Both the position numbers and the translations under genes were made by a program. Shown in pieces: positions 1-10,414 of a DNA stretch of 64,000 nucleotides (the first letter of the stretch is position 1; each line of letters opens with the position of its first letter). Where the stretch lies: positions 160,395-224,394 of the forward strand of contig CAVXEP010000016.1 in assembly GCA_963760795.1 (NCBI GenBank), in the 5' to 3' direction. Source of the stretch: an uncultured delta proteobacterium (lineage in GTDB: Bacteria; Desulfobacterota; Binatia; UBA9968). Under the pieces are notes generated by a model that was given only the letters and a program-made list of their open reading frames with translations, searched no databases and was not told where the DNA came from.

Positions 1-219
1 CCACTCATCATCTGGTCTCTAGCGTTCGTCGCGTGGTTGTATTGGGACAGCATCACGGCGCCATTCTCCACGGACAAAGCGAAAGGGCGCAAGCCAGCGC
101 GGACAATACACGATCTGGAGAAATCTGAAAAAGCTCCGGCGCCCGCCAAACGTTCCCAGGAAAAAATTCTCGACGACGACCGCAAGAAACTCGAAGATGT
201 TTTAAAGCAGCGCCAGTAG
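1..219 (+). CDS. hypothetical membrane-anchored protein (5'-truncated by window)
   Basis: Frame 1 is open from base 1 (PLIIWSLAFVAWLYWD...), a hydrophobic helix followed by a charged tail ending EKILDDDRKKLEDVLKQRQ*. Confidence 0.55.
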   Translation, partial: PLIIWSLAFVAWLYWDSITAPFSTDKAKGRKPARTIHDLEKSEKAPAPAKRSQEKILDDDRKKLEDVLKQRQ

Positions 220-353
220 TCTTGCCAACCGAGTTCGTGTCCGATCCGTTTATCAGCGCTGAGTACATTTGCCGGTCGTAAGAGTTTTCACCATCGGCTT
301 TCGGATCGATCATCCGCAAAGAGCGCAAGCGGCGCAAAAAAGAGTTGGGATTC

Positions 354-380
354 GTAGGAGCGGGTTTCAAACCCGCCTCT
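354..380 (+). repeat. GTAG-tagged REP-like palindrome
   Basis: GTAGGAGCGGGTTTCAAACCCGCCTCT: GTAG tag followed by a GCGGGTTT/AAACCCGC stem. Confidence 0.7.
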
Positions 381-436
381 TCGGTTTGCACCGGTGCAGC
401 GTTGTGCCGGAAGTTTTGCCCAAGTCGTGTAAACTT

Positions 437-512
437 TCAACGAAAGTAGTACCGAGTTCACAGAGGGTTCGAAGATTTTTTTTCTCTGTGGTCTCTGTGT
501 TCTCTGTGGTGA
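437..512. repeat. 9-nt-periodic CACAGAG/CTCTGTG inverted repeat element
   Basis: TTCACAGAGG...CTCTGTGGTCTCTGTGTTCTCTGTGGTGA; same family as 53525-53598. Confidence 0.6.
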
Positions 513-606
513 TGGGTCTTCTCGGAATTGCATCCCGAAGCTGGTTCGGAGTGAGAGTGATGGATTTTGCATTGCGTCAATGGCAAACTAGTCAGAATTA
601 CAAATC

Positions 607-1761
607 ATGAGCTTTTGGCAAGACATACCCAAGCCGATCGTCGGCCTGTCGCCCATGGACGGGGTCACCGATGCGTCGTTTCGCTGGATCGCGGCTAAAC
701 ATGGCGGGCCGGATATCACGGTCACCGAGTTTACCAATGTCGATGCGGCGATTCATGCGCCGCAGACGTTGATCCGCGATTTTACCTATTCGGAGATCGA
801 GCGGCCGATCGTCGCGCAGATTTACGGCCATACGCCGGAATTGTTTTATAAAGCTGCTCACGTGGTCTGCGAATTGGGATTCGACGGCCTGGATATCAAT
901 ATGGGCTGCCCGGCGAAGAACGTCGCCGCCTCGGGCAGCGGCGCGGCGTTGATTCGCACGCCGGAATTGGCGCGGCAGATCGTCCGCGAAACCCGCCGCG
1001 GCATCGACGATTGGGTGGCGGGGCAGACGCTCGACCAGTTGGGTTTGCGTCAGAAGCTTCGTGAAACCGTTATGGCGTCGAATCTCCAGCGCAGCGGTTG
1101 GGCGAGGCCGCCGGTGCGCCGGTCGATACCGCTGTCGGTGAAGACCCGCATCGGCTACGACCAGATCGTCATCGAAGACTGGATCGGCAACTTGCTTGAA
1201 GAGAAGCCCGTTGCGATCTCCATCCATGGCCGCACCCTCAAACAGGGCTACAAAGGCGATGCCGATTGGGACGCCATCGGCCGCGCCGTCGAAATCGCCA
1301 GGCCGACGGGGACGCTCATTCTCGGCAATGGCGACTTGCGCGACATGGGCGACGTATATCGCAGAGTTCGCCAGTGCGGCGTCGATGGGGTTTTGCTCGG
1401 TCGCGCCGCTGAAGGCAACCCGTGGATCTTTAAAGCCAAGGAGAGCCTAAAGCAAGCGTTAAGCGATTCGGTCCCGCCGCTGTCCGGCGAGCCGATCAGC
1501 ATGGCCGAGCGCTTTAACGTCATCGTCGAACACTCGTGCCACTTCGAAACTTACGTCCAGGAGCGCAACTTCGTCGGCATGCGCAAGCACTTGATCTGGT
1601 ACTGCCGTGATTTTCGCGGCGCCGCCGAGTTGCGCACGAAAATGGTGCGGGTCAACGGCACCGCGGACGTGATCCAATGTCTGCGCGATTACCAGGCTTG
1701 GCGTGCTGCGCAGCCGGTTGGCGCGCGGGAATCGGCTCAAGCGCCATCGTTTGAGTTATAG
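607..1761 (+). CDS. dusB: tRNA-dihydrouridine synthase (DusB-like)
   Basis: LSPMDGVTD, DINMGCP, SVKTRIG, IHGRT, GNGD and GRAAEGNPWIF motifs. Confidence 0.9.
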   Translation: MSFWQDIPKPIVGLSPMDGVTDASFRWIAAKHGGPDITVTEFTNVDAAIHAPQTLIRDFTYSEIERPIVAQIYGHTPELFYKAAHVVCELGFDGLDINMGCPAKNVAASGSGAALIRTPELARQIVRETRRGIDDWVAGQTLDQLGLRQKLRETVMASNLQRSGWARPPVRRSIPLSVKTRIGYDQIVIEDWIGNLLEEKPVAISIHGRTLKQGYKGDADWDAIGRAVEIARPTGTLILGNGDLRDMGDVYRRVRQCGVDGVLLGRAAEGNPWIFKAKESLKQALSDSVPPLSGEPISMAERFNVIVEHSCHFETYVQERNFVGMRKHLIWYCRDFRGAAELRTKMVRVNGTADVIQCLRDYQAWRAAQPVGARESAQAPSFEL

Positions 1762-1779
1762 TCTTCCGGCAGAGAATTC

Positions 1780-2406
1780 ATGCGCTTGATTCTCGCTTCT
1801 ACTTCGCCCCGGCGGCGGCAGATTCTGTCGTTGCTGGGACTACCCTTCGACGCCATCGCCCCCGAGTTCGACGAGACGGTCTCTGCGCACCTAAGTATCG
1901 AGGATGAAGTGCTCGACTTTGCCGTCGGCAAGGCGCGTTCCGTCGCCGTCCATCATCCCGAGGCCATCGTCATCGGCAGCGATACAATGATTTTTCTCGA
2001 TGGCGTCAAGATCGGCAAGCCGCTGGATCTGACTGACGCCAAGCGAATCTTGCGCTTGTTATCGGGCCGGACCCATCTGATTTACACCAGCGTGGCGATT
2101 ATCGACGGTGGCGGCGACGGTCTGCAAATGACGGCTAAGGTGTCGGTCGACATGCGCCCATACGATGACAACGCCATCAATCGCTATCTAGCCTACGACG
2201 AATCGATGGACAAAGCCGGCGCTTATTCGATCCAGGGGCAGGGGAGTAAGCTTATCGCAAAGATTGACGGCGACTTCCTCGCCGCGGTGGGCATGCCGCT
2301 GCGGCCCATCGCCGAATATCTGCAACGTCGGCATGTCGAGTTGCCGATCGACATCGATGCACTTCACGCTCAGAAAGATTTTCTCAACTGGCGCCATTTC
2401 GCCTGA
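1780..2406 (+). CDS. maf: Maf/YhdE-family nucleoside triphosphate pyrophosphatase
   Basis: LILASTSPRRRQIL, GSDT, GKP, LSGRTH, DKAGAYSIQG, VGMP motifs. Confidence 0.92.
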   Translation: MRLILASTSPRRRQILSLLGLPFDAIAPEFDETVSAHLSIEDEVLDFAVGKARSVAVHHPEAIVIGSDTMIFLDGVKIGKPLDLTDAKRILRLLSGRTHLIYTSVAIIDGGGDGLQMTAKVSVDMRPYDDNAINRYLAYDESMDKAGAYSIQGQGSKLIAKIDGDFLAAVGMPLRPIAEYLQRRHVELPIDIDALHAQKDFLNWRHFA

Positions 2407-2440
2407 GTCCGCAAGCTGGATGTAACCGGTCCGTCGATCC

Positions 2441-3634
2441 ATGCCGCCATTTTGGGAATTTGTCTTGCTCGCGTCATGCGTCCTGTGGATTTGCGGTTTG
2501 ATATACTTATCCTGGGCGGCGTTTTGCTTGGCGCAATTTCACCGGTTGCAATTTCACCCACCGCAAGAGTGGCCAGCGCTCAGCATCATCATCCCGGCCT
2601 GTAACGAGGCCGCTAATATCGAGAGCGCGGTCGAGACGTTACTCTGGCAAGACTATCCCAACTTCGAACTTATCCTGGTCGACGACCGCTCCACGGACGG
2701 GACGGGTGCAATCATCGATCGGTTGGCGGCAGGCGACCGGCGGATTCGCGCCTTGCACGTGCAGACTTTGCCTGACGGCTGGTTGGGTAAAGTACATGCG
2801 CTCGAGCGCGGCGTCGAAATTGCCAGCGGCGATTGGCTGCTTTTTACCGACGCCGATGTCCATTTTGCCGCCGGCACGCTGCGCCGGGCCGTGGGCTGGG
2901 CGGCCGACCGGCAACTCGATCATTTGGCGCTGGCGCCGCTGTCGCTGCAGCCGAGTTTCTTGCTCGAGATCGTCGTGCAAAGCTTTATGTTGCTGTTTCT
3001 GATCGGCACCCGCGCTGCGGGTCTCAATCGGCCCGGCAGTCGGGGCATTGCCGGTGTCGGTGCCTTCAATCTCATACGCCGCGCGGCATTTCAGCGCACG
3101 CCGGGTTTTTCATGGCTGCGTCTCGAACCCTGCGATGACGTCGGCTTGGGATTGATGATCAAGCGTGCCGGCGGGCGATCGTTTTTTGCCTTCGCGCAAC
3201 AACATCTAACCGTGGTGTGGTACGGCTCGGTATCGGCGATGTTCAAAGGGCTCGAGAAAAATCTGTTCGGCGCAACCGCCAATTATCGCTGGTGGGTGAC
3301 GCTGGTGCAGGTGGTCGGGATTTATACCATGGCGGCTGCCCCGATGATGGCGCTGTTTTTCGGTCTAACCGATAAGCATGGCCTACTACTCTGTACCGGC
3401 CTGATCGCGCTGGCGCTTCATTGGGCATTTAGCTTAGCGGTCACGACCGAAGGCTGGCGCAGCCGGTTGAGTCTAATGCTTGCGCCGGTGGGACTCTGGA
3501 TGATCGGCGCCATGATGGCTCATGCCGCCTGGAAGTGTCTTGCCCATAATGGCATCGATTGGCGTGGTACCCATTATCCGCTCGTGCAATTACGCGGCGG
3601 CCAACGGGTCAAGCTTGGCTCCATGCAAGATTAA
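2441..3634 (+). CDS. family 2 glycosyltransferase, membrane-bound (HpnB/CrtQ-like)
   Basis: SIIIPACNE, VDDRSTDGT, GWLGK, FTDADV, DDxxLG, C-terminal WRG motif and TM helices. Confidence 0.85.
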   Translation: MPPFWEFVLLASCVLWICGLIYLSWAAFCLAQFHRLQFHPPQEWPALSIIIPACNEAANIESAVETLLWQDYPNFELILVDDRSTDGTGAIIDRLAAGDRRIRALHVQTLPDGWLGKVHALERGVEIASGDWLLFTDADVHFAAGTLRRAVGWAADRQLDHLALAPLSLQPSFLLEIVVQSFMLLFLIGTRAAGLNRPGSRGIAGVGAFNLIRRAAFQRTPGFSWLRLEPCDDVGLGLMIKRAGGRSFFAFAQQHLTVVWYGSVSAMFKGLEKNLFGATANYRWWVTLVQVVGIYTMAAAPMMALFFGLTDKHGLLLCTGLIALALHWAFSLAVTTEGWRSRLSLMLAPVGLWMIGAMMAHAAWKCLAHNGIDWRGTHYPLVQLRGGQRVKLGSMQD

Positions 3635-3814
3635 TCTTCGTGCGTGTCCCGTTGCTCCGACGTCTAAGAAACCAAGGAGACTTGCGCAGAATTGTGAATT
3701 GGCTGAGGAGCCTAACGCCAATTTCGCACAGCCATCAGGGAAGACTCGTCACACTACAGGTATCAGCGCTCTCGAAATTCCTACAGAAGTAGTCGCTTAC
3801 GGCTGGTCTATCGA

Positions 3815-4036
3815 TTGCTCAGCAAGATGAACAGGATTGCCATGAAACAGCCAAGCACTATCCCAAACGACGGGCAAAACTGGCAGTGGCCGGACAAGAC
3901 CTGGTTTCGTCAACGCTTGAACGCCTTGAAGGCGGAGGAGAATCAGCGTCGACGCCGTCCCATGGTGAACTCCAACCAACCAGCCACGGTTACTTCCCCG
4001 AAAACCGACCCCGCCGACCAGTTGAAGGCTGAATAG
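3815..4036 (+). CDS. small hypothetical protein
   Basis: Protein-like 73-aa ORF (WQWPDKTWFRQRLNALKAEE) in an otherwise non-coding gap, followed by a hairpin at ~4071-4097. Confidence 0.4.
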   Translation: MLSKMNRIAMKQPSTIPNDGQNWQWPDKTWFRQRLNALKAEENQRRRRPMVNSNQPATVTSPKTDPADQLKAE

Positions 4037-4495
4037 GCGCTTTGACTTCGCCTGGAGTCGCGCGCTTTCCGAGCCTGAGGGGGTAAATACCTCGGGCTGC
4101 GAACACACTTAGATTCACCGAAGCCCCAGCATCAGCAATCATTCTCGATATGCTTTGCGTTCTTTACGATCTCCGTCCGCATTCTTATTGAATGCCGCTA
4201 AAATCTTGGCAGTTACATCGAAGCGCGATTGTCGATATCAACGCTGCCGTTGCCAATTCCAGCGGTTGATATCTTCGGCCGCCACTGCTTCGAGGATTCC
4301 CTGGCTAGTTTATTGATCCAAGTAAATGAAACCGGCTGGCCTCGTGTTTGGCTAACCTTTCTCGATCATCGCTGGAGGTTCCGGAAATTCTTTGAGACGC
4401 CGGAGCTTTAACTTCGCTAGTCAAAAGTCCACGGCCGGAAAGCAGCGGCATGGCAGCACTGCCAAGAAGCTTCGAATCCTCGATATCCTCCCTAG

Positions 4496-5569
4496 TTACA
4501 GAGCGAACAACGCCTTGGGATTGTCATAGCAGATCTTGTCGTATTGGCCGTCGGTGATCATGCCGGTCTTCTTCAGGTTGCGCAGCGCTTCGACTTCGGT
4601 GGACTGGTCGTTGTGGCCGTAGTCGGTACCGATGACGAGATTGTCTTCGCCGGAGTATCGGAGCACGTAATCGACATCGTCGTCGGTCTGGCAGGAGACA
4701 TACTGGCGGTACTCTTTGAGCGGGTTATCGGGCAAGTCTTTTTTCTGCGTCGCCCAGCGACGCTGTAAGTCCTTGACGACGTAGGGCACCCAGTTGGCTG
4801 CCGCCTCGGCCCAGTGAAAGCGCAGTTTGGGAAACTGCTGCGGGATTTCGCCCATGATGACCGAGTGAAACGCGCCGATCACCGGGATGCGAAATTTCCA
4901 GAAGCTGCCGCCGCCGTTGTACTGCGACACCATGTCGATGTTGTGCGGGCTGCCATTGCCGACGTGCACGCCGACCGCCATGTCGAGCCGGCTCATGGCA
5001 TCGTAGAGCGGATAGAAATACGGGTCGGTGATCATGCGGCTGCCTTCGATGCCGCGCATGAAAACGCCGACGGCGCCGTGCTGTTGGCAAAACTTGAGTT
5101 CTTCCACAGCCGCGCTCATGTCGAGCAGCGGCAGGACGCAGATCCAGCGCAAGCGCCCCTGGCCTTGTTGGTAAATGTCGGCGAGCCAGCGGTTATAGCC
5201 GCGGCAGATGGCGACCTCCCAGACCGGCTTCTCGGTGATCTGCTCGATGAACATGGTCGGGTAGAGCACCTGGACATCGATGCCGAGCTCGTCCATATGT
5301 TTGAGCCGCGCCGGGACATTTTCCATCTCGCGAGTTTCCTGCGGCGTGCCCATGACCCGGCCGGTGCGCTGAGCCACGTCGTCCATTTCCTTGGCGGTCA
5401 TGATGACGCGTACCAGGCCGCGAATTTTGCCATCGATGAACCAATACTCGGCGCTACTGCTACCGCGCGGCTTGACGATCACCGGCCGGTACTTCTGGTC
5501 GGCCTTGTCCATGTAGTCCCAGGTCCGTTCGCTTTCGACCACATGGGCGTCGGAATCTATAGTCGGCAT
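4496..5569 (-). CDS. amidohydrolase-2 family protein
   Basis: IDSDAH, MDELGIDVQVLYPT, YNRWLAD, VHVG, AEAAANW, GTDYGH. Confidence 0.88.
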   Translation of the reverse strand: MPTIDSDAHVVESERTWDYMDKADQKYRPVIVKPRGSSSAEYWFIDGKIRGLVRVIMTAKEMDDVAQRTGRVMGTPQETREMENVPARLKHMDELGIDVQVLYPTMFIEQITEKPVWEVAICRGYNRWLADIYQQGQGRLRWICVLPLLDMSAAVEELKFCQQHGAVGVFMRGIEGSRMITDPYFYPLYDAMSRLDMAVGVHVGNGSPHNIDMVSQYNGGGSFWKFRIPVIGAFHSVIMGEIPQQFPKLRFHWAEAAANWVPYVVKDLQRRWATQKKDLPDNPLKEYRQYVSCQTDDDVDYVLRYSGEDNLVIGTDYGHNDQSTEVEALRNLKKTGMITDGQYDKICYDNPKALFAL

Positions 5570-5688
5570 GTGCGCTCCCTCCGTCGGCTGTTGCCCGCTT
5601 CTAGCGCGCCGTCGGTGCCACTGTCAACGCAAGAGCGCGGGATTATTTGACATCGTGGTGGCGGCATGATTCGTAGAGTGTTCAGACA

Positions 5689-6312
5689 GTGAAAGTCTTG
5701 ATGCCGATGAACATGAAATGGCTTGTCTCGAGCCTGTGCTCGCTGCTTTTGACCTGGACTCTTTCACTTGCCGTCGTCAGGGCGGACGGAGAAGAGCAAC
5801 CACCCCGGCTGGTGCCGATTCTCAAAATCGACGAGGGGCTCGATAAGCGCACGGCGATCAAGCCCTCGCTCATTCCCGGCGGCGGTAACGGGCTGTACGC
5901 CGCCGCGGCGATCCAGCAGGGCGATGTCATCGGCATGCTCGGCGGTCAGCTGCGCACGGATGAGGATTATCCGGCGGGCAATTATTATCTGGCTTCCATC
6001 CCGGAATGCGCCTGGGAGGAGACCAAGCCGTATAAATATCTCGATGCGAAACATTTCGGCGCTCATGTCAGCCGGATCAATTTCGCCCCCAAGACTATCA
6101 ATGGCATCGAAGCGGGTTTGCAAAATGCCGCGTTGCGCCAGCTGTGCAATTATCCCTATGTGATATTCGTCGCGCTTCGCGATATCGAAGTGGGCACCGA
6201 GATCTGGTCCAGCTACGGGCCGTATTATCCCTACGATCAGTTCATGTATGAACCGGCGGTAAGAGAGTTTTTCTGCAACCAGGCGAAAATCGACTGCCGG
6301 GAAGAGCTATAG
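5689..6312 (+). CDS. exported SET-domain protein (paralogue 1)
   Basis: Signal peptide, SLIPGGGNGLYA, SRINF, ALRDIEVGTEIWSSYG. A probable +1 G error at ~6301 hides a C-terminus KSYSFEP* (ending 6325) that matches the paralogue. Confidence 0.8.
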   Translation: MKVLMPMNMKWLVSSLCSLLLTWTLSLAVVRADGEEQPPRLVPILKIDEGLDKRTAIKPSLIPGGGNGLYAAAAIQQGDVIGMLGGQLRTDEDYPAGNYYLASIPECAWEETKPYKYLDAKHFGAHVSRINFAPKTINGIEAGLQNAALRQLCNYPYVIFVALRDIEVGTEIWSSYGPYYPYDQFMYEPAVREFFCNQAKIDCREEL

Positions 6313-6342
6313 TTTTGAGCCCTAAACGGCTGAGGAGACGAT

Positions 6343-7140
6343 ATGGAAGTTATCGATATTCATCATCACTTGGGCGCGCTCAACGGCGGCAGCTTGCAGG
6401 AAGGCGACGACTGGCCGGATCGTGACTATGTCAATCGCGTGCGCATCATGGACGCCAATGGCGTAAACGCCGCGGCGATTCTGGCGGCGACGGGATATAT
6501 CCAGGCGGACGGCATCAAGGACACGATGCGCTCCAACGATGTCGTCGCCGCCTATCGACTACGCGATCCCAAACGTTTTCCCATCGCCTGCGGCATCGTC
6601 GAGCCGCTCCACGGCGCCCGCTCGCTGGGCGAGTTGGAGCGGATGAAATGCGAGCTCGGTCTCGAGGGCGTGGTCTGGCATAGCCGCTTTCAAGGCGTCG
6701 CGGTGGATCACCAGCTGATGCGGCCGCTGCTCAAAAAGGTCCAAGAGCTCGGCCTGGTGCCGCTGATTCACACCAATGCCGAATCCAACCTCGAAGCGGT
6801 GTGGCGCTTGGAACGGCTCGCGCTGGAGTTTCCCGACCTGACCTTCATCTCGTTGGACGCGTTGACCACCAACACCAACAGCCAGTTAGCGTTGGACATC
6901 GCCAAGCGTACCAAAAATATTATTTTCGATACCGCCCATGTGCGCGGGCCGGGCTATGTGAAAAATTTTGTCGAAGCGGTGGGCTCGGAGCGCATGGTTT
7001 TCGGCAGCCTGTTTTATTCCCATCCGGCGAGCTACGACCATTGCGTGAGCTTGGCGGAGATCAAGGCAGCCAAGATCAGCGACGCCGACAAGGCCAACAT
7101 TTTGGCCGGCAACGTCAAAAGAATTTTTCAGCTCAAATAG
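6343..7140 (+). CDS. amidohydrolase-2 family protein
   Basis: IDIHHH, LIHT, IFDTA, GSERMVFGS, ILAGNVKRIF; RBS GAGGAG. Confidence 0.82.
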   Translation: MEVIDIHHHLGALNGGSLQEGDDWPDRDYVNRVRIMDANGVNAAAILAATGYIQADGIKDTMRSNDVVAAYRLRDPKRFPIACGIVEPLHGARSLGELERMKCELGLEGVVWHSRFQGVAVDHQLMRPLLKKVQELGLVPLIHTNAESNLEAVWRLERLALEFPDLTFISLDALTTNTNSQLALDIAKRTKNIIFDTAHVRGPGYVKNFVEAVGSERMVFGSLFYSHPASYDHCVSLAEIKAAKISDADKANILAGNVKRIFQLK

Positions 7141-7204
7141 CCGCGGCGAATTTGATTGCGGCAAAGTTCGATTTGGAGAGGAGCCGGTTGCGAATCGCTT
7201 CAGT

Positions 7205-7813
7205 ATGGCTAAATTCTTCGTCCTGTTATTTATCACCGTCGTGGGCGAGTGGGTGTTTCAAGGTTCGCCATTGTTGCCGGCGGAGAGTCTTAATATGGAA
7301 TTCCCGCTGCTAAAAATTAACAAGGCGCTCGACAAGCGCACGGTGATCAAGCCGTCGATGATTCCCAATGGCGGCAACGGCCTATATGCGCTCGTGCCGA
7401 TCAAGAAAGGCGAGGTGATAGGCGAGCTCGGCGGACGATTGCTGCCGGCGGATAAATACCCTCAAGGCAACCATTACATCGCCGCGTTGTTGGAGTGCGC
7501 GCAAAAGCAGGCCCATCCTTACGTTTACCTAGACTCCAAGGATAACGGCGCCAATGTCAGCCGGATCAACTTTGCGCCAAGCAAAATCAACGGCATTGAC
7601 ACTCATTTCCAGAACTCGGCGATCCGAAGATTGTGCCAGCCGCCGTACGTTGAGTTCTACGCGCTGCGGGATATCCCAGCGGGTGAAGAGATATTCTCCA
7701 GCTATGGGCCCAACTACGACTATGACCGGTTCATGCACCAGCCCGACGTGAAAGAGTTCTTCTGCAAGCGCGCCAAGATCGACTGCCGGGCGAAGTACTC
7801 ATTCGACCATTAG
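7205..7813 (+). CDS. exported SET-domain protein (paralogue 2)
   Basis: N-terminal hydrophobic leader, SMIPNGGNGLYA, SRINF, ALRDIPAGEEIFSSYG; closely similar to 5689-6312. Confidence 0.8.
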   Translation: MAKFFVLLFITVVGEWVFQGSPLLPAESLNMEFPLLKINKALDKRTVIKPSMIPNGGNGLYALVPIKKGEVIGELGGRLLPADKYPQGNHYIAALLECAQKQAHPYVYLDSKDNGANVSRINFAPSKINGIDTHFQNSAIRRLCQPPYVEFYALRDIPAGEEIFSSYGPNYDYDRFMHQPDVKEFFCKRAKIDCRAKYSFDH

Positions 7814-10094
7814 TCGGCGTTCTTACCAGCCGGGGTAATTTCCACCAAGGTGTCAAAGAAAGCATAGTTGTCTGAAGTCGGGCTCACCTGTTCGTGGGTC
7901 AGGCTGTAGGGCTCGCCTTTGGGGAAATCTTTCACCCAGGAGCCTTCCGAGATCACCACCACGCCAGGACGTAGATCGGCATTGAGGCGGCACTTTAGCT
8001 CGACGCGGCCACGCGGGTTGTAAACTCGGACGAGCTGGCCATCGCTCAAACCTCGGCGCGCGGCGTCATCCGGAGCAATCTCGACCAGCGGTTCGGGTTC
8101 GTGCTGCTTTGCTCTGGCCAGATTGGCGAAGGTCGAATGAATCCGATGACGGCTGTGGGAGAAGAGTAAAGTCAGCGGATACTTCGCATAGATTGGATTC
8201 TTGGGACTCGCCTCGATGGGCTCGCGGTAGTAGGGCAGTTCCGCGCCATGTTTTAGCAGTTCTTCCTTATAGATTTCGATGCGTCCTGACGGAGTTTTAA
8301 ACCGCAAATCGGCCAAGCCGACATAGGGCGCAGCCGGGCGGTTGAGCAAGATCGCATCTTCGCCCTGCAAGCGTTCGAGAGTAATGCCTTTGAGCAAGGC
8401 ATCGTCACTGTCGAGCATCTCGCGCAAATAATCGTCCGGTGGGCGCTCGAAGTGTTGTCCAAACCCCATGCGCTGGGCCAAGCCGGCCATGATATCCCAG
8501 TCAGATTTACTTTCGCCCTCCGGGGTGACTGCTTGGCGTTGCAGTTGGAGAAACATCGCGGCGATCAAATCGTTCTTTTCAAAAATCGTGCAGGCGGGCA
8601 GGACGATATCGGCTAACGCCGCGCTATCGGTCATGAACTGATCGACCACGACGAGCAGCTCCAACTTGGGCACAATTTCCCGCAACACCCGGCGGCGATT
8701 GGCCGAGGTCTGATTAAACATGTTCGAGGCCGAGAGCCAGAGCGATTTGACCGGGTAGGGCTCGCCATGTTCGATGGCTTGCATCAGGCCGATGATGTCG
8801 AGGGTCGCCGCTTCCCGGCCGCCGGGAGTGCGAAAGGGCCGCAAGTTTAACGGCGCCGCGTAGGTGCCGTCGTGGACGCTGATGCCGCCGCCGGGAATGC
8901 CGATGTTGCCGGTGGCGATGGCTAGATTCGCTACCGCGCGGGCGGTGTAGTCGGCGTAGTACCAGCGGTCAACGCCGTAACCAATGCGAATCGCCGCCGG
9001 TTTGGTGTTGGCAAACTCTCGTGCCAGGTCGCCGAATGACGTTCGCTGGCAATGCTGGTGATTTCCGCTGCGCGCTCGACCGAATACTCTGCGCAAAGAT
9101 CGTGCAGTAGTTGAAACGACGGCACGCAATCGATGGTTTCGCCGAAATCGGTTTTCACTTGATACACACCCGTTAGCGCCGGCGTCCTCGCTTCGTTGGC
9201 GGCGCAGAGCTGTCGGCGCTGGATGAATCCCAAACCAGATACTAGAGGAAGCACCATCGATTTGATGTCCAGTCCGCGCAGCAAAGCGCCGTTGTCGCGT
9301 CGCACCAAAAACGCCGCATTGGTATGGTGGATGAGAAATTCGCGATCATGGAGATCCTGGGCAATGATCTCGTTGAGCAGCGCGAGTGCCAAGGCGGTAT
9401 CGGTGCCCGGCCGGGGTGAAATCCACTGATCGGCATGTTGTGCCGTCGCGCTGCGGTTGGGATCGATGCAAATAATCTTGGCGCCGCGCCGCTGCGCCTC
9501 CAAGACAAAGTGAAAATCCACCAGCCGGGTATCGGCAGCGTTGCCGCCCCACAGGAGGATCAGTTGCGAATTCACCGCGTCGGCGTATTCATGGCCACCA
9601 GGCCTGAAATAGGTCGAGGCTGGAATGCCAAAGCTGTACTCCAATCCCTTGGGCACGCCGTAGTCGACGCCGCCGGCGCGGTAGGCCGTGCCGCCGATGG
9701 CGGCGGCGAAGCGCTGCACCGAGCCCTTGGTTAGAACTCCCGCCGCGCCGCTGCCGGTGTAAAAGGCCAGCGAGCGTGAGCCGTATTGATCACCAACGAT
9801 GCGCAATTGTTCGGCGAGAAGCTCGTAGGCGCGATCCCAACTGATCCGTTGCCATTTGCCTTCGCCGCGCCGGCCGAGGCGTTGGAGCGGGTAGTGCAAC
9901 CGATCCGGGTGATATTGTTGTTCAAGCCGCGCCATGCCCATGGCGCAGATGCGCCGGTCATATTCGGCGAGCGGGAAGCGACCGGCTTCGATCTTGTCGA
10001 TTCGACCGTCGACGACGTGAGCCGTGATGCCGCAGCGCGGGCTGGCGTGGCAATTCGGGTCGCAGACGGTGCGGACTATGCGGGATTCGGCCAT
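7810..10094 (-). CDS. molybdopterin-dependent oxidoreductase (DMSO reductase family, Fe-S N-terminus), frameshifted near 9040
   Basis: TVCDPNC...C...ICAMG, DRLHYPL, WQRISWDRA, WGGN, PRPGTD, LADIVLP, FKTPSGRIE, RIHSTF; split over two ORFs; no Tat leader. Confidence 0.85.
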
Positions 10095-10215
10095 GGATCG
10101 GAACTCACTGCTAAGTAAATATCGGCAGGCGAACGACTGCAAGTCATCCCGGATCTATCGTGCGGCTTTAGTTTGACAGCCTCCTCTCCTTGTTCACGAG
10201 AAGGGCCACGCCTGC

Positions 10216-10321
10216 GTCATTCCCGCGCGGGCGGAATTCAGCTGACGGACAGCGTCCGTCATGCCGTTGAAAAATATCCAGGTGGATGATGGGTCCGGAT
10301 TGCCGTTGTCACGGGAATGAC
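10216..10321 (+). repeat. ~110-bp composite GTCAT-hairpin element (copy 1)
   Basis: Three GTCAT hairpin units with conserved spacers TGACGGACAnnGTCC and GGTGGATGATGGG; homologous to 43003-43112 (inverted) and 56917-57030. Confidence 0.8.
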
Positions 10322-10414
10322 GGAATTAGAGTCCAGTTTTGTTGCGCTCGGCGCTGGCTTTTCCAATCTCGGTTAAGTATTTCTAACGGTGAAGTCAATT
10401 TTAGGAGGCAATCG

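Noticed and set aside
4410-4470. Possible c-di-GMP-I riboswitch-like sequence
   Set aside because: Only a loose resemblance to P2, no convincing P1/GNRA element, and no downstream gene in the sense orientation.
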